From the NCBI GenBank assembly GCA_964270895.1, contig OZ185439.1: DNA of 64,000 bases; one strand, written 5' to 3'. The DNA is from Podarcis filfolensis (Eukaryota). Made by a program: the position numbers and the translations under genes. Below are positions 40,631 to 53,862 of this stretch, piece after piece. Under the pieces are notes generated by a model that had not been told where the DNA came from, did not search any database, and saw nothing but the letters and a program-made list of their open reading frames with translations. Every line of letters starts with the position of its first letter. The first letter of the stretch is position 1.

Positions 40631-41969
40631 AGACTCGGTGAAGAGAATACAAGGGTAAGGGAATTTAAGCTTTTGTATTGATACATATTCCTAATGTATA
40701 GGTATTTCTTATTTCATTCTTAAAACGTTTTACTTCTTCTTTTAGGACAATGACCTCACAAATTGGTTTCCAGTGACAGAAAATACAAATCACCAGGAAA
40801 AATGAACAACGTAAGGGCAGCGTGAGAGGGATCACATCCACAAAGCCTTAAACGTCAGGGAAGGCTAAGCTGAACAAACAGTTCCAAAGTGGGACTCCAA
40901 CAATTCCCTCATGGAGAAATGAATAAGCAAAGCAGGGAGAGCTCTTTGGAAGTGAAGGATCTGAACAAATGCAAGAAAGCGCAACTCCATCAACCTTCTT
41001 ATATTTGCACAAGCCACTCTCTGTGTGTTGCCTTGTCAGATGTAGGAATGGTATACTTTTTTAAAAAAAAAGTGAAATGCAAATTGTGGTTTAATGTAGC
41101 AGTTAATATTTTTATAGTCCTGGAGAAAACTTATAAAGCTTTCCACCCTTTACTAAATAAGCTCTAACTCCATCTCCCCTACCCATGTTTGGGTACAAAA
41201 AGAAAAAGAAAAAACAAGTATGATCTTGCTTTAATGGAAACCTTACACCATCTTCCAAAACATATTACAATCGCCTTCAGTATAAAATGAAACCTTAGAG
41301 AATATTATTTAAAATGTTTTTAGAAAGTCAGTAGGCCTCATGTTTCATTTATCCACATCAGGGTTTGATTTCCTTCACGACCTTACTTCTTGCCCTTAAA
41401 TGGGGGTGGGGAGTCCCCAATACCATTGGCGGGGGGTGGGGGGAGAATCACCACTAACATTAACACACAATGTGTTTTGTTTATTTCACTTGAAACTTTT
41501 TAACTTTTAGCTACATGTGCTAGCTTGCCTGAAATACATGTAGCTGATCTGAGGTTGGAATCTTTAGCTCTAACATTTTAAGGGATGTGTAAAAGTGTTT
41601 ACGTAAGGCACTGGCTGTGGATGATTAAGAGTAGAAAATGTTACCAAAGTTTGAGGCATTTTAGTAAAGCGCTGCATATCAAAGCAATTGGCTTCTTCAG
41701 GTACTTCATCTAATAATAAATGACTTTCACTGACTGCAACATTAAATCTTGAACTTGATTGCTGCCCATTGCAATCCAATTGAGTGCAGCAACTGTCACT
41801 GAAAGAATAAGGCATTCTGCATAAAGCTGTCATATACAGGTTACCTAATCATACAGAGTATGCTGGCTGCTAACAACAGTGGTACAGTGAAGGATGCTGT
41901 TTCAAGGTAACAAAGCAAACATGTAATCTGGCCTAAAGAGATCCAGGCATCTATCTAACTGCCTTAGAA

Positions 41970-42172
41970 CAGAGCTTTCCAAACTTTTCGTGTTGGTGAC
42001 ACACTTTTTAGACATGCATCATTTCGCGGCACAGTAATTCAGTTTTACTAGCAAACTAGATGTTAAACTAACCCCTTTCCAGACCAGGAGGAGCGCATGG
42101 AGAATTCGCACGACACACCTAAGCACTGCAGCTGACACACTAACGTCGCAACACACAGTTTAGAAACCTCTG
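41970..42172. mobile_element. hAT non-autonomous element with perfect 8-bp TSD
   Basis: TIR cagagctttccaaact / agtttagaaacctctg (14/16); TSD CCTTAGAA at 41962-41969 and 42173-42180. Confidence 0.9.
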
Positions 42173-42203
42173 CCTTAGAAACTGTTGAATTTTCAGTGAT
42201 ATT

Positions 42204-42227
42204 ACACACACACACACACATACACAA

Positions 42228-42270
<43 letters not shown>
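42204..42270. repeat. (CA)n microsatellite
   Basis: Read directly; interrupted. Confidence 0.95.
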
Positions 42271-42274
<4 letters not shown>

Positions 42275-42750
42275 CTGCTCTCTATGTGGGGCTACCTTTG
42301 AGGTGACTCAGAAACTACAACTAATCCAGAATGCGGCAGCTACACTGGTGACTGGGAGTGGCCACCAGGACCATACAACACCAGTTCTAAAGGATCATCA
42401 CTGGCTCCCAGTACATTTCTGAGCACAATTCAAAGTGTCGGTGCTGACCTTTAAAATCCTAAATGGCCATGGCCCTATATACTTGAAGGAGCGTCTCTAC
42501 CCCCATCGCTAAGCCCAGACACTGAGGTCTTCCTCTGAGGGTCTTCTGCTAGTTCCCTCACTGCGAGAAGTGAAGTTGCAGGGAACCAGACAGAGGGCCT
42601 TTTTGGTAGTGGCGCCCTCCCTGTGGAACACCCTCCCTTCAGGTGTCAAGGAGATAAACAACGGCACAGCTTTTAGAAGACATCTGAAGGCAGCCCTGTA
42701 TCGGGAAGTTTTTGGCGCTTGATGTTTTATGTTTTTAGATATGCTGTAAG
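42275..42750 (+). mobile_element. L2 LINE 3' end (degenerate ORF2 C-terminus plus tail)
   Basis: Decayed frame ...KLQLIQNAAATLVTG...TPVLKDHHWLPV...FKVSVLTFKILNG, typical of the L2 ORF2 end. Confidence 0.85.
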
Positions 42751-45700
42751 TCTATCTAATGGAAGTCTAGTGGCTTTAAACTGTGACCCTGTTCCCAAGC
42801 AATATGAAATATTTGATAGACATACATGGGGAATGACTGCTTTACACCACTAGTATGACCCAAATTTATATCAGGTTCCCTTTCCTTGTTCTCTCTTTCA
42901 TTTAAGTGACTCTGCAGTCTCACCACTGATGGAGCGGCTCCAGCTATTTACTAAGCTCAGCCTTACGTGTTTTCCAGATGTTTTGGACCACAATTCCCTT
43001 CATCCCTTACCATTGGCCATGCTGGCTGGAGCTGGGGAAGTGGTGCATTTAATAATCATTATATGCAAAGTATGCACAATTGCGACAAAATAAGGGTGAG
43101 AGGAAAAGTGGGCAAATGTTGCCATATTGTTCTCTTTTAATTTGATAGCTCTGTGGTGTTTTTTTACCAAAACCTTTTCACTACGCCTGCATGAAGCAGT
43201 GTATTAAAATATAAAATCTGCTGCAGTTCATTTGTCAGGTATCCAGATCATGCCTGTGCATTCTGACTAAATATGGTAATTTAAAACATTAAACATTACA
43301 TTGTTAGGCAGCTGTTGGTATATGGGCAAGTAGCAGGGGTGATAAGAGACTATGACACATTCCTGAAGAAGAATAAAAGCTGTGTTTATGAAAATATCTT
43401 AAAGACAAAGGCTAGCTCTAAAATACAAAGTACTGCTAAAGTATGCTAAATAAATATATTGGCCTTTTGGAGACCAATTATTTTTTGTTCTACATCTGAA
43501 AACAGTTAAAGTAAAACTTTATTAATTCTTCATTCCAAACTATAAATGTTAAATTTTAAAACACACACACAACTTCAGAGCCTTTGCTTTCCCAGTGCTA
43601 TAAATCCATCAGTATTCAGTATATGTATTCTCTTATTTACTCATGCACAAAAAGGTCAAATAGGCACATGGGAAATAAATCTTTGCTAATTGAAACTTCA
43701 AAAGTTTCCATTTTGAACATGTAGATGGTTGGGTTGTATAAAGCATGCCAACACCTTTCCCTGTAATTTTTATTTAAGGGGCCTTTACATACAAGGGGGA
43801 AGTTCCTGGACACTTCAATCTACAGTGTCACTGATAATCTTTGAAAGAATAAATATGCACTCATATATATTAAACAAAATCCTATGGAGTTCAGTTACCC
43901 TGAGTTCAGTTCAGGATTCAATGGGGGAAAATTACTCCTAGTAATGCAATCCATGCCAACAATTCCAGGCGGGAGAGGAACTGTAAGCAAAGGGTGGTAA
44001 GTATCATTTCACCTAGAAAATAGCTATATCAGTGTCTGGAAAATAAGCCAGTGAATGTTTCTGATCTGGTTGCAAATTGCAGAGAAGTCACCTTCTAAAA
44101 TGTGTTTAATAAGACATGGTGCAATTCAAGTTCTCAAAATCTGCATACATTATTCTAGTAATTCTTATAAAATCCTTGTATGTTCATTGAATAAGCAGAC
44201 AGAGGGATGAGACCAAGAGAACAGTGGTTTGCCTAAGGTCACGTAGTGAGTTTGTGGACAAAGTAAAAACGCTACATTAACCACACAGTCAATGTACATC
44301 CTTAAAACACTGCCCTTGCTACACAGGCAAGTAAAACAGTTCCACTATCACTAGAGTTCAAAGTTTATAGGGAAGTTACGAAAAATTCTTGGGAAGTTAA
44401 GAAAATTTAGATAAAATCTCTGTGATGTAGCCATGGACAGCTGACATACCAGAGTATCAGGTGATTCAGCACATCATCTACAAGAACTCTCATGATCCAA
44501 TAATTTCATCTACTGAGACATCAAGTACAGCATCTTTGGCTGTGGTAAAGGCCAGATAAAGAATGTGGAAAGCGTTGAATGAATGTTATCTGGGGTCAGC
44601 CTTGTTCCAATGCTTGGCTCATGTGTTTAAGCATTCACTCACGATACTGCTGTAACTGTGAGGAAAATTGCTACATAGCTGTTTTATATGTGAGATGAAG
44701 CTCAAGAGCAAAATGATTTCTAGAGCAAGATTCACATCTCTTCATACCACACCTCTTTCACTTGCAGGCTGCCATGAGAAAGGATAAAATGAGCTATATG
44801 TTGGTTACAAGTATGCACTGATCCACAGTGGGCCATTAGCTTTCTTACAGTGTGAATTTCTGATAGAAGAGGGTTGCTCCCCTCCCCCTTTCTGGCATGA
44901 GTCTCTGGAAAATCCCCCAAAATATCTATGGACTTTGTGCAAATGACAAGAGGATTGTGGCCATTAACTGCAATACAATCCACATTTAGATGTGCTTCAA
45001 ATCCTACATGGAAATGAAGCACATACTGTTCTGCATTTCGGCTCTTTTTGTGAACAGGGACACCTAATGGTACAATTCCAATAAGACTTTCAGTGGCTGG
45101 AGTTAGTGTGAGGGCAGTTACTGTAGACCCTAGATTATTCACTGCAACTAAGAGCATATTTGACTGAATAATCAGTAGACAAAAGGTATTCTCACTGTTT
45201 AAGCTCCTTTACAAATTAGCAGTCATGTGCACTTACAAGAAACAGTGAAACAATACTATTAGGGAAACAATGTATTGTTGAAATGCAGCAGAATGAGATT
45301 ACTAGATAACAGCCAGTTTTAGAATCATAAAGAAACATTGGCAGATTCATTGGCAGATTCAACAATAATCAAATGAGCCAGAGTTCAGAAGTACATGTAG
45401 TGTTGTGTATGTGCACAATAAAACATTTACAATTTTTATTCCTTTGCCTATCTGAAGCCTGGTTCCTCAACATCAAAGTATTCTTATCTAGGACAGTCTG
45501 AAAAAAGACAGCATTGTTACTCTTTAAAGAAATTTGCTGCCAAGTTCAACTCGTACCTCTGTCTATGTTTTCATCACTGATTTAATCCTTAGCAGTGTTC
45601 AGGAATCTGTATCTTTGCAAAACTCTCAGGTATGTTGACTATGGCTGTGATCCAGAGGTCCATGTATGAGCCTTATGCCTACTAGAATGTTTTTAATTTT

Positions 45701-45892
45701 CCGTTCTCAACAGTTGCTACTGATTTTTTAGAACTCATGAGTTCAATTAGGCACACATCCATGCAGCTCCAGATACCACAGTTCTTGAAACTGCAGACAA
45801 AGAAAATATGCCCAGAATGAGCAATAGCCATTGCTAATCTTGTGGCCCACTATATTCTCCAGATATCTTCATGGATGGTCAGACTCATTAGG

Positions 45893-46015
45893 AGGTGTGG
45901 GGAACTTCTGGTTCCCCAGATGTTTCTGAACAACAACCCCTAACATACATGCTTCTTTGGGCTGATGGGAGTTGTACTTCAGCAACATCTGAAGAACCAA
46001 AGGTTCCCCACATAT
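45893..46015. mobile_element. Palindromic hAT-type MITE (same family as 20366)
   Basis: gtggggaacttctggttc...cagatgtt / aacatctg...gaaccaaaggttccccac inverted symmetry. Confidence 0.7.
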
Positions 46016-47899
46016 TCTCCATAGGAAATCTGGCATCACTTGGCAATAAAGGCTTCACAAATACTGAACATGTGCACTCAGCTGGTAGGAAGTCAAAGCA
46101 ACGGATGTCAAAGCAACAGATGCTGCTGCTTCTTTTCCTTACAGGGGAAACTGAGCAGAGTTTTCAACAAACATAATTCAAATTTGGTAAAGCTATTGGG
46201 GGGGGTGTCAGACAAAGTAGCTTCACTTAGCCATCCTCACCCAATATCTTAATGAGTAAGGAAGAACCATGTTTTTATCCTTCATGTTCTCTGCTAATTA
46301 TGCACCCAGTTTTACCACACGAGAATCAAACTATGCTCTTTGAAAATGTATCTGTTACAAAGATTTAAGTGATACAATGCACCTCCAGCCACTCAGAAGC
46401 TGCAGTATGCAACATGAATGTTCTTGTTTTAAAATGTTCAGTTGTCATCACTGGCTAGTGGTGTTAATACCAGTCTGCTCTTCATGCAGAGAAACCCATT
46501 GTTAGGCTGCCACAGTGTGTGTTTCATGAGCTTCCCCAGAGGAAGAGGCTGTCGTGTCTACCCTGCTAATGTTGGGGTTAACCACTATGATCCTTGTTAT
46601 GGCACAGGCAAAAGCCAAAGTTTTAGAACATCTGAACTACCAAGAACAGCTTTGCTTGGGCGAGGGAAAATATGGAAAGCATAACAATGAAATAGTGTGA
46701 CTGAAGGGTTTTTGATTTTTTTTTTTACTTTGTTATATATATAAAAAAACATTTTTGGATTGGAAAAGAATAAAGCAGAACTACTCTGGAATGTGAAATG
46801 CAAGACTCAATTTCTCCCACACACGGCTGAAACATAGAACCAGCCAAATGGGAGACACTTCTAGAATCTCTTGGCAATATATCATCAGATATTTTTTGGA
46901 GCTCGATAGCAGTTAGGAATGCTTGGAGATGAAAATCATTTATGTCAGCCCCATCACAATACAGCCTTGCAATGGTACTGCTGCACGAGGTTGGTAATTG
47001 CGGTTGGAAATATAACACTGAAATGCCAAATCTGATACAGAGTAAAAGGGAAGGGTAGGTGGACTGTGCTGTCATTATGGCCCCAGTCCCATTCCATCCA
47101 GGATACGATACATAAATGGTTGGTTCACTGGGTACATTCAGATGTTGGGATTATTCCATTCGTTTTCCTGGCTGTAATGCTAACATTCTGTCCTTGTTTC
47201 CAACATTCCTTTTACACTGAATTACCAATTGTGTTATAGAACTATGGGGGTTTTTTATTGATATAACACTATGTCATGCTAAATTTCATTTACACCAGCA
47301 GCAATGCTGTGACACAACTGCAGACGTCATTGGACATGTTGCCATCCTTTATGCGCATGAGTGCTTGCTTTCACCCAAGATAATGGCAGAAAGATTACCT
47401 TCCCTAATTTTGGCATCCATGAAAAGGGTTGGGAAAGTACAGCACAAAACTCATGCAGTTCTCTGAGTTAACAGGGCTGCAAACAGATTTTTTTCTGGAA
47501 GCATTTTACACAGAAATGAGCACCAAACTTCTGGTCGATTCCACTTGGTTTGCAAAAGGGGCTTTTATGTCATGTGAAAGAGTGTGTATCATGCAGAAAT
47601 TATCAGGTAAGAAAACATCACGGAAATGGAATGAAGTGCTGTCTGAGTATAAGCCATAGTCATCTTTATGTCATGTCCTTACCACTGTAATGCACATACA
47701 ACTAAAAGCATTACTAGGAAAGCATGGTAATGAACTACACACTTCGTAGGAAGAGAGAATGCGGCTGAATGTTGTTTCATAGCTACAGGATAAGAACATA
47801 GGAACCTGACTTAAGTCAAAAGCTGCCAGAGCCTAAGTGCATCTAGCTCAGTATTGCATGCACAGGGTGGCAGAAGCTCTCCAGAGTTTCAGATACAGA

Positions 47900-47965
47900 T
47901 CTCTGCCAGTTGTACCTGGCAGGGATTGACCAGGGACCTTTTGCATGCCAACCATGCAGCCTCCA
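47900..47965 (-). mobile_element. Degenerate tRNA-derived SINE head relic
   Basis: cagggattgaccagggaccttttgcatgc resembles a reversed ...GCATGCAGAAGGTCCCAGGTTCAATCCCTG box-B region. Confidence 0.45.
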
Positions 47966-48535
47966 CACAGTGCTGCTCTGCAGTATGAGATGTCAATATG
48001 TCCTAATTAGTAATGTTGATTGCAAAGCAATTGACCTTTCAATAAAACACAGGGCTAGAAGGCTGCCTGCCCCAGAAATGTCTCAATTTGGTTTCCAGCC
48101 CTGGAGAAAGATTACAAAATTTTAAAATGATGATATTCTTTAAAGTGCAAGAATTCTGCTCCGGAGTTCTCATCAGCTTTGGACTTGAGAGAGAAACAAA
48201 AGGTGTGTGTAGGTGTGCATGTGCCCTGCGTTGCATATGTAAGAACTGGGGAAATGGTAGAAAAGGGCTAGTTCTATACTCTGAAACCTGTTCTCCATTT
48301 TCCTTAAAAGTGTCCTTCCCCTGCAAAAGAGCCCTGTGCTTTTCTTTCTATTTCTCCAAAGTTCTGCAGCCTCCCTGGCTGCTCACACTTCCTGATCTGA
48401 AAAAACCTCAAGGGAGAATTGACACCTGGGTTTAACTGAAGCCCAGGAATCTGGGGACACTGGCTACTGCATGCATGAGACTGGTGTGCTCAATAATTTA
48501 ATTTATTCAATAAGTTCTTCATTTTACCTTCTTAA

Positions 48536-48673
48536 TAGTTCAGTTGGAAGAGCATGAGACTCTTAATCTCAGGGTTGTGGGTTCTAGCCCCACGTTGGGC
48601 AAAAGACTGCAGGGGGTTGAACTAGATGACCCTCGTGGTCCCTTCCAACTCTACAGTTCTATGATTCTATGAT
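48536..48673 (+). mobile_element. tRNA-Lys(CTT)-derived SINE with CR1-like 3' tail
   Basis: agagcatgagactcttaatctcagggttgtgggttc head, then ctagatgaccctcgtggtcccttccaactct and an (ATTCTATG)n tail. Confidence 0.85.
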
Positions 48674-50461
48674 TTCTGCACTGACTTCTTCAAAAATGCC
48701 TTCACTTAAAATAAAAGGAGAATAGCTGACAGAAGCACAGTGTCCATGGGAAAGTCCAGCCAATGATGACATGAGGTTTTTATAAAGTGCAGGCATCTGG
48801 GGAGGCTGCAGAATACATATCTTAGATGATATGGTTTGCAGAATAAAAGAAAGGACACTTACAAAACACTTCAGCTGCCATGAAATTAAAACAAATGCAA
48901 TGAATATCCAGCACCCCACTCATGAGAATGACATGAAAAAAAATTCTCCACTTTGATAAGAAAATTTCTTTTCTCATTAATTCATGAAGAATGGTTATCA
49001 AAATTGCATAATATATTTTTGGCACAGCATTAAGAAGGACAGAGCAAATAGATGGTGAGCATATGGGCATGTAGTGGCAAGGAAGTAAGTTAAGTGAGGG
49101 GCTGTGTGATCCAAAAGACGCAATGCAAGTATGACAGATCCAATGAGTAACAGCACCTGGATTTTTTTTTAAAACCCTTTGATAAGCAATGACATTCGCT
49201 AAGAGCAAAGCACACAGCCTCTAGCTCTAAACAATTTGTGTAGGGTTTCTTTCCTCTCCCTCTCTCTGAGCTAGTTGCTCAAGTGTTGCCAAAAGCCCAT
49301 GCCAGGTGTAAAGTCCACAGTCAGGCTTTTCTCTTGCTTTGAAAGAAAGTTTCTTCCTTCTCGGTTTATCCAAATACCTAGAGGCAAGCACCAGTGTGGA
49401 TTCCTGCCTGCCTCTGCCCCTGTCTCAGCACGTCCCAGCCCTCAAGTGCTCAGGTAAGTATGTCAGGCTTATCCTTGCTCCTGTAAAGAGTTAGTCAACA
49501 ACTGCAAACCTCGCTGCCAGAAAGCAAGTTGTGACTTGGGTAGACTATATACATTTAACTCTTGCTGGAAATTAATTAAGCAGCACCTGAACGTTTGTAT
49601 TAAGGATGGAGTTTTCTATACTGCTGTGGCAGAATAAGGTTCAACTAAACCTTGTAAGGACACCAACTTGAATATCCCCTGTGATAAAAAGGCTCTCCCT
49701 ATACCCTCATCAACTACACAAAGGATATAACATTATTGTCAGAGGAGTTGTGGAATATTGTACAAAGATCAACTTGAGCTTGAGCAGACATTTGGAAAGG
49801 CCTGAAGGCTACCCTTAATTAATTCCTGAAAACAAATGAAATGTTTTATTATGTTTTATTTTTAGTGATATCTCACTACTGCTTTGGAGAAAGAGTTCTG
49901 CTAATACCTGTGGATAGGTACGTGACAATTACTCTCACACCCTTTATTGTGTTTTGTGTTTGGACTCCAGCAGTACAACCTACCCAACAATAATCTTACA
50001 TAAGCCCACTGCAAATACCTATTTATTACACAGACATAATATATGGCTGCTGTTCCCTATGTTCATAACTTCCATTGTGCCTCAGAACAGCCATACATAG
50101 ACTCAACTGAGCTATAATGCACAAGTTCACAGTGCTTCTTCCAGACTGACATAGGCTCACCATTGTAGACTTGTAACTTACCCTTCCTCTGACTGCTGTA
50201 ATAATTACACACAAACCCTGTTGCTTGGTTGTAACACCATAACGTTTTTAATTATGGCTATCATCAGCCATACTTTATGTCAAAGACCAAGTAAGTGACT
50301 CATTTTCAATCTCTGTTCAATCCTTTCGCAAACTTACACTCAGTGGGACATGGGGGACAGAATCTACATGTGCAAAGTGTACAGCATGTTCCCAACACCC
50401 AAACCATAGTTTGGCCACACCACCTAGTATGAGTCACACACTTAGTATGAGTGAATTAATA

Positions 50462-50672
50462 CAGTGGTACCTCAGGTTACATACGCTTCAGGTTACATAC
50501 TCTGCTAACCCAGAAATAGTGCTTCAGGTTAAGAACTTTGCTTCAGGATGAGAACAGAAATTGGCAGCAGCAGGAGGCCCCATTAGCTAAAGTGGTGCTT
50601 CGGGTTAAGAACAGTTTCAGGTTAAGTACAGACCTCTGGAACGAATTAAGTACTTAACCCGAGGTCCCACTG
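50462..50672 (+). mobile_element. Tc1/mariner-type MITE, copy 4
   Basis: TA|CAGTGGTACCTCAGGTTAC...GAGGTCCCACTG|TA. Confidence 0.9.
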
Positions 50673-53644
50673 TACATGGCTGTAGACCAGACTTGCTTAA
50701 TGTGTAGTCGTTAGACTACAGCTCCCATCATTCTTTACCACTTGCCATGCTGCCTGTAATTCTAGACGAAAACAACTACAGGGCACTAGATTGATGGAGC
50801 CTGTTTTCTACTCTTCACACACGATCAGTTTCCTACACATATGTCACTACCATTTATGAAATCAGTTACTCCCGATGCATGCATGCAATGTTGCATGTAA
50901 CGAACTTATGCTCAGCAAGAAGCATGCAGGCGATTCAGTAAAATAACTACTTCTGTTCACTGCACGTTATGGCATTCAGAAGTGATATCATACAGAAAAT
51001 TCATGTTGAGTGAAATGGTCCATAACTCTTTCGTTTATAATAAACGTGACAAACGTCTCCCAATATAAGCTCTGAACAACAAGCTTAGTTTATATGGTAC
51101 AATTCTTGTGGGGAAATGATTACTTCCACAGGCTAAGACTCATGTTTTTATTGCCATAATCATAAAATACAGACACATATTACTCAGTGCCTGCTCACCC
51201 TTTTAGGTTCCCACCTACATTACACCCACTATGGCATTGTTTTAAGGATCTGCATTAAGGCAATCTTATACCTGGAATATGATCATTTAAAAAATTGACC
51301 AATATTGAAATTCCTGAAATTCTAATTAAAAGAAAGGGGTTGGGAGAGGCTTACATGAATGTGGAGCAGCCAGGTGATTACTGGCCAAGTTGCCAATTTA
51401 TATGGGGGACGAAGATGTACTCAGAGAAAAACAGAAGTGGCAAACTGTACTATAGATGCTTTAAAAACATGTCATCTTCTCTCCTTCAATAGAGACTATA
51501 CTAGCCGAAATGTAAACACTGGCATGTCCTAGCTACTAAGCAAGAGCCCCATCTTGAAAACGGGACAACGCCAAGGACATTTGCTGAACAACAGATACAT
51601 AAAACATGTAATGAACTGGCAAAAGTAAATAGGGAACAGTTGTTTGTCCTTTTTCACAGCACCAGAACTGTAGCTATCTGACATATGAAGATCAAGAGAG
51701 ACTTTAAACAGACCAGGGTTTGTTTTTGTTTTTTACAACATTATGCTGTTGAACTGAAAAGAACATGATGGGCAACAAAGTTACTGAGTTTAGACAGAGC
51801 CAGTCATTTTCAGTAGAGCTCATCATTTACTGCTAAAATAGCTAAGGCAGAAACCCTTAATGCATGTGGTAGCCTTCAGTAACTTACAACTCAAGAGTAA
51901 AAAATACTTGCAGTTTATTTAATTGCTGATTTCATCAAAGCCGTATATGTACCACTGAAGCCAAGATGCTGAGCTAGAAGGATCTTACATTTCTATCCTC
52001 TAAAAAAATAGAATAAAATGTTCTCTGCCTTTTCCCGTAATCTGCAGCCCCAAACTGTACGGCTGCCTTTCCGATTAGTACCCAAATTCTATTCCATTTT
52101 CTCTGCTATCAACAATGTTCCTATCTAGAGTTTGCAGCAGTTGCTTCTCTGCAGGGTCATCCCAAGCGCATGACAAGAGCAAGGTAAGAGTGCATTATCA
52201 GGTTGCCAGGGAATGAGTGGGCTTATTTCCAGTTTGGATCACTTCACCCTTCTATAGCTTTTCTGGCTCCTCAATGTGGAAGCCAGACACATGCACAAGC
52301 ACACAGCATTCTGTTGCAAATAATCAAAGTCATAATTTCAGTACAAGAAACACGAAAAGTAGAGAACATTACCAATCATCAAAATGTCCACCTAAGGCAG
52401 TGTCTGTTTTACTTCCGAGTCTCCAGACAAGTTCTACTGTGCAGCCAGAAGCTAACTGGACTACTAAGAAAATTCTGCTTACAGCCAAATGTTCTTCTCA
52501 CATTTGCAGCAAAATATCAGATGGTGATGTACTTCCTACGTTCACAAATCTGAGCTAACAGCTGAGAATATTTAGCATATGCACTTCAAATGAAACCCTT
52601 CACATTCTGCTAGCTATTAGTGCATGCACGGCGAAAGATTCAGGCTTTCAAAAGTTATTACAGGCAAGTTAATAATGGCTATTCCCAATTTAGCATTGTG
52701 TCACCATTTGGCAACAGGCTTGCTGAGAAAACTCCAAAATCTGTGAGGTAATAAGAGGTTACACTACAATGTGTCACACAGACACATTCGTATAACGTAC
52801 TGCCATATTTTAACACTATTCATTACTATTAATATCAAACAGGTCTGCTCTGAAATCAGCTGAACCCATGGAAGAGAGAGAGAAAAGAAGGGAGCCCACA
52901 GGTTAGCTTAGCTGAAAGCACAAGGAACGAATAATGTCTGAGAGGCTTCCTTCCCTACACTAATCTATGCCTGTGTATCACATGAAGCTCAACTATTAAT
53001 ACTGCTTTTCCTCCTCTTCATCCCTGGAACATAAAAAGGGCAAGTACAAGAAGAGATGAAAGAGTAATAAAGGGGAAAGGGTTTAGATTTCTGGGTTAAC
53101 GCTCTGAACTTTTATCACAAATCCACACACTGTAACTGGATTATTCATGAACATATTTTTTTTGAAGATTTAATTAACTTTCCTGAGTACTTCCACTTCT
53201 CTTTCCTACACCCAATTCATCTTCTCTATGCTTTTCATGTTTGGCATCACCTTCGCCAGGACTGGAGCAGTAAGAGACATACTTCATAATTTGCCTCTGC
53301 TACTCTTTCCTTCTCTCCCCCTCCTCCCTGGTCAAATTACCATTGGGTAAATTACTCTCCAGCTCTATAAAAGCTTGGTCATCTGCATTATCCTAGCCAA
53401 GTATTAAGGAAGATTTTACTACACATAACGTGCAAATCTATGGTAAGATGTGTGGTAAAATGATCATTAATATGAGCTTCACATCAAATTAGAATCCTGA
53501 CTCAAAATCTGTTAATCTCTCATCAGTGAAGAAAATAGTAAAAATAATAGTAATAGTAGTAATAATAATAAACATAAATTCCAGCAGATTAGTTTATGTA
53601 GAAGGGCAAACAACTAAAACAAGCAAAGAGAAATTCATTTTATA

Positions 53645-53862
53645 CTGCCCAATTTAAATCTGGTTTCTATTCCACAATTTACTCAATTGTTTCAAATTTA
53701 ATTGAGTGTCAGTGTGTTTTAGCAAAATGGGCTCACCACAGGGCAACCGACTGTGGTCAGTTGTGTACTAAATATGAAGGGACATTTGCTCTTCAGAGTT
53801 CATATTTAGTACACAACTGACCACAGTTGGTTGCCCTGTGGTGAACCCATTAAATTGGGCAG
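53645..53862. mobile_element. MITE-like element: 13-bp TIR, TA flanks and an internal 53-bp stem
   Basis: TA|CTGCCCAATTTAA...TTAAATTGGGCAG|TA; inner arms 53726-53778 and 53799-53851 are complementary at 51/53. Confidence 0.75.

Noticed and set aside
44732-45157. 141-aa minus-strand intronic ORF
   Set aside because: No recognisable domain; this length is expected by chance among six frames of 64 kb.
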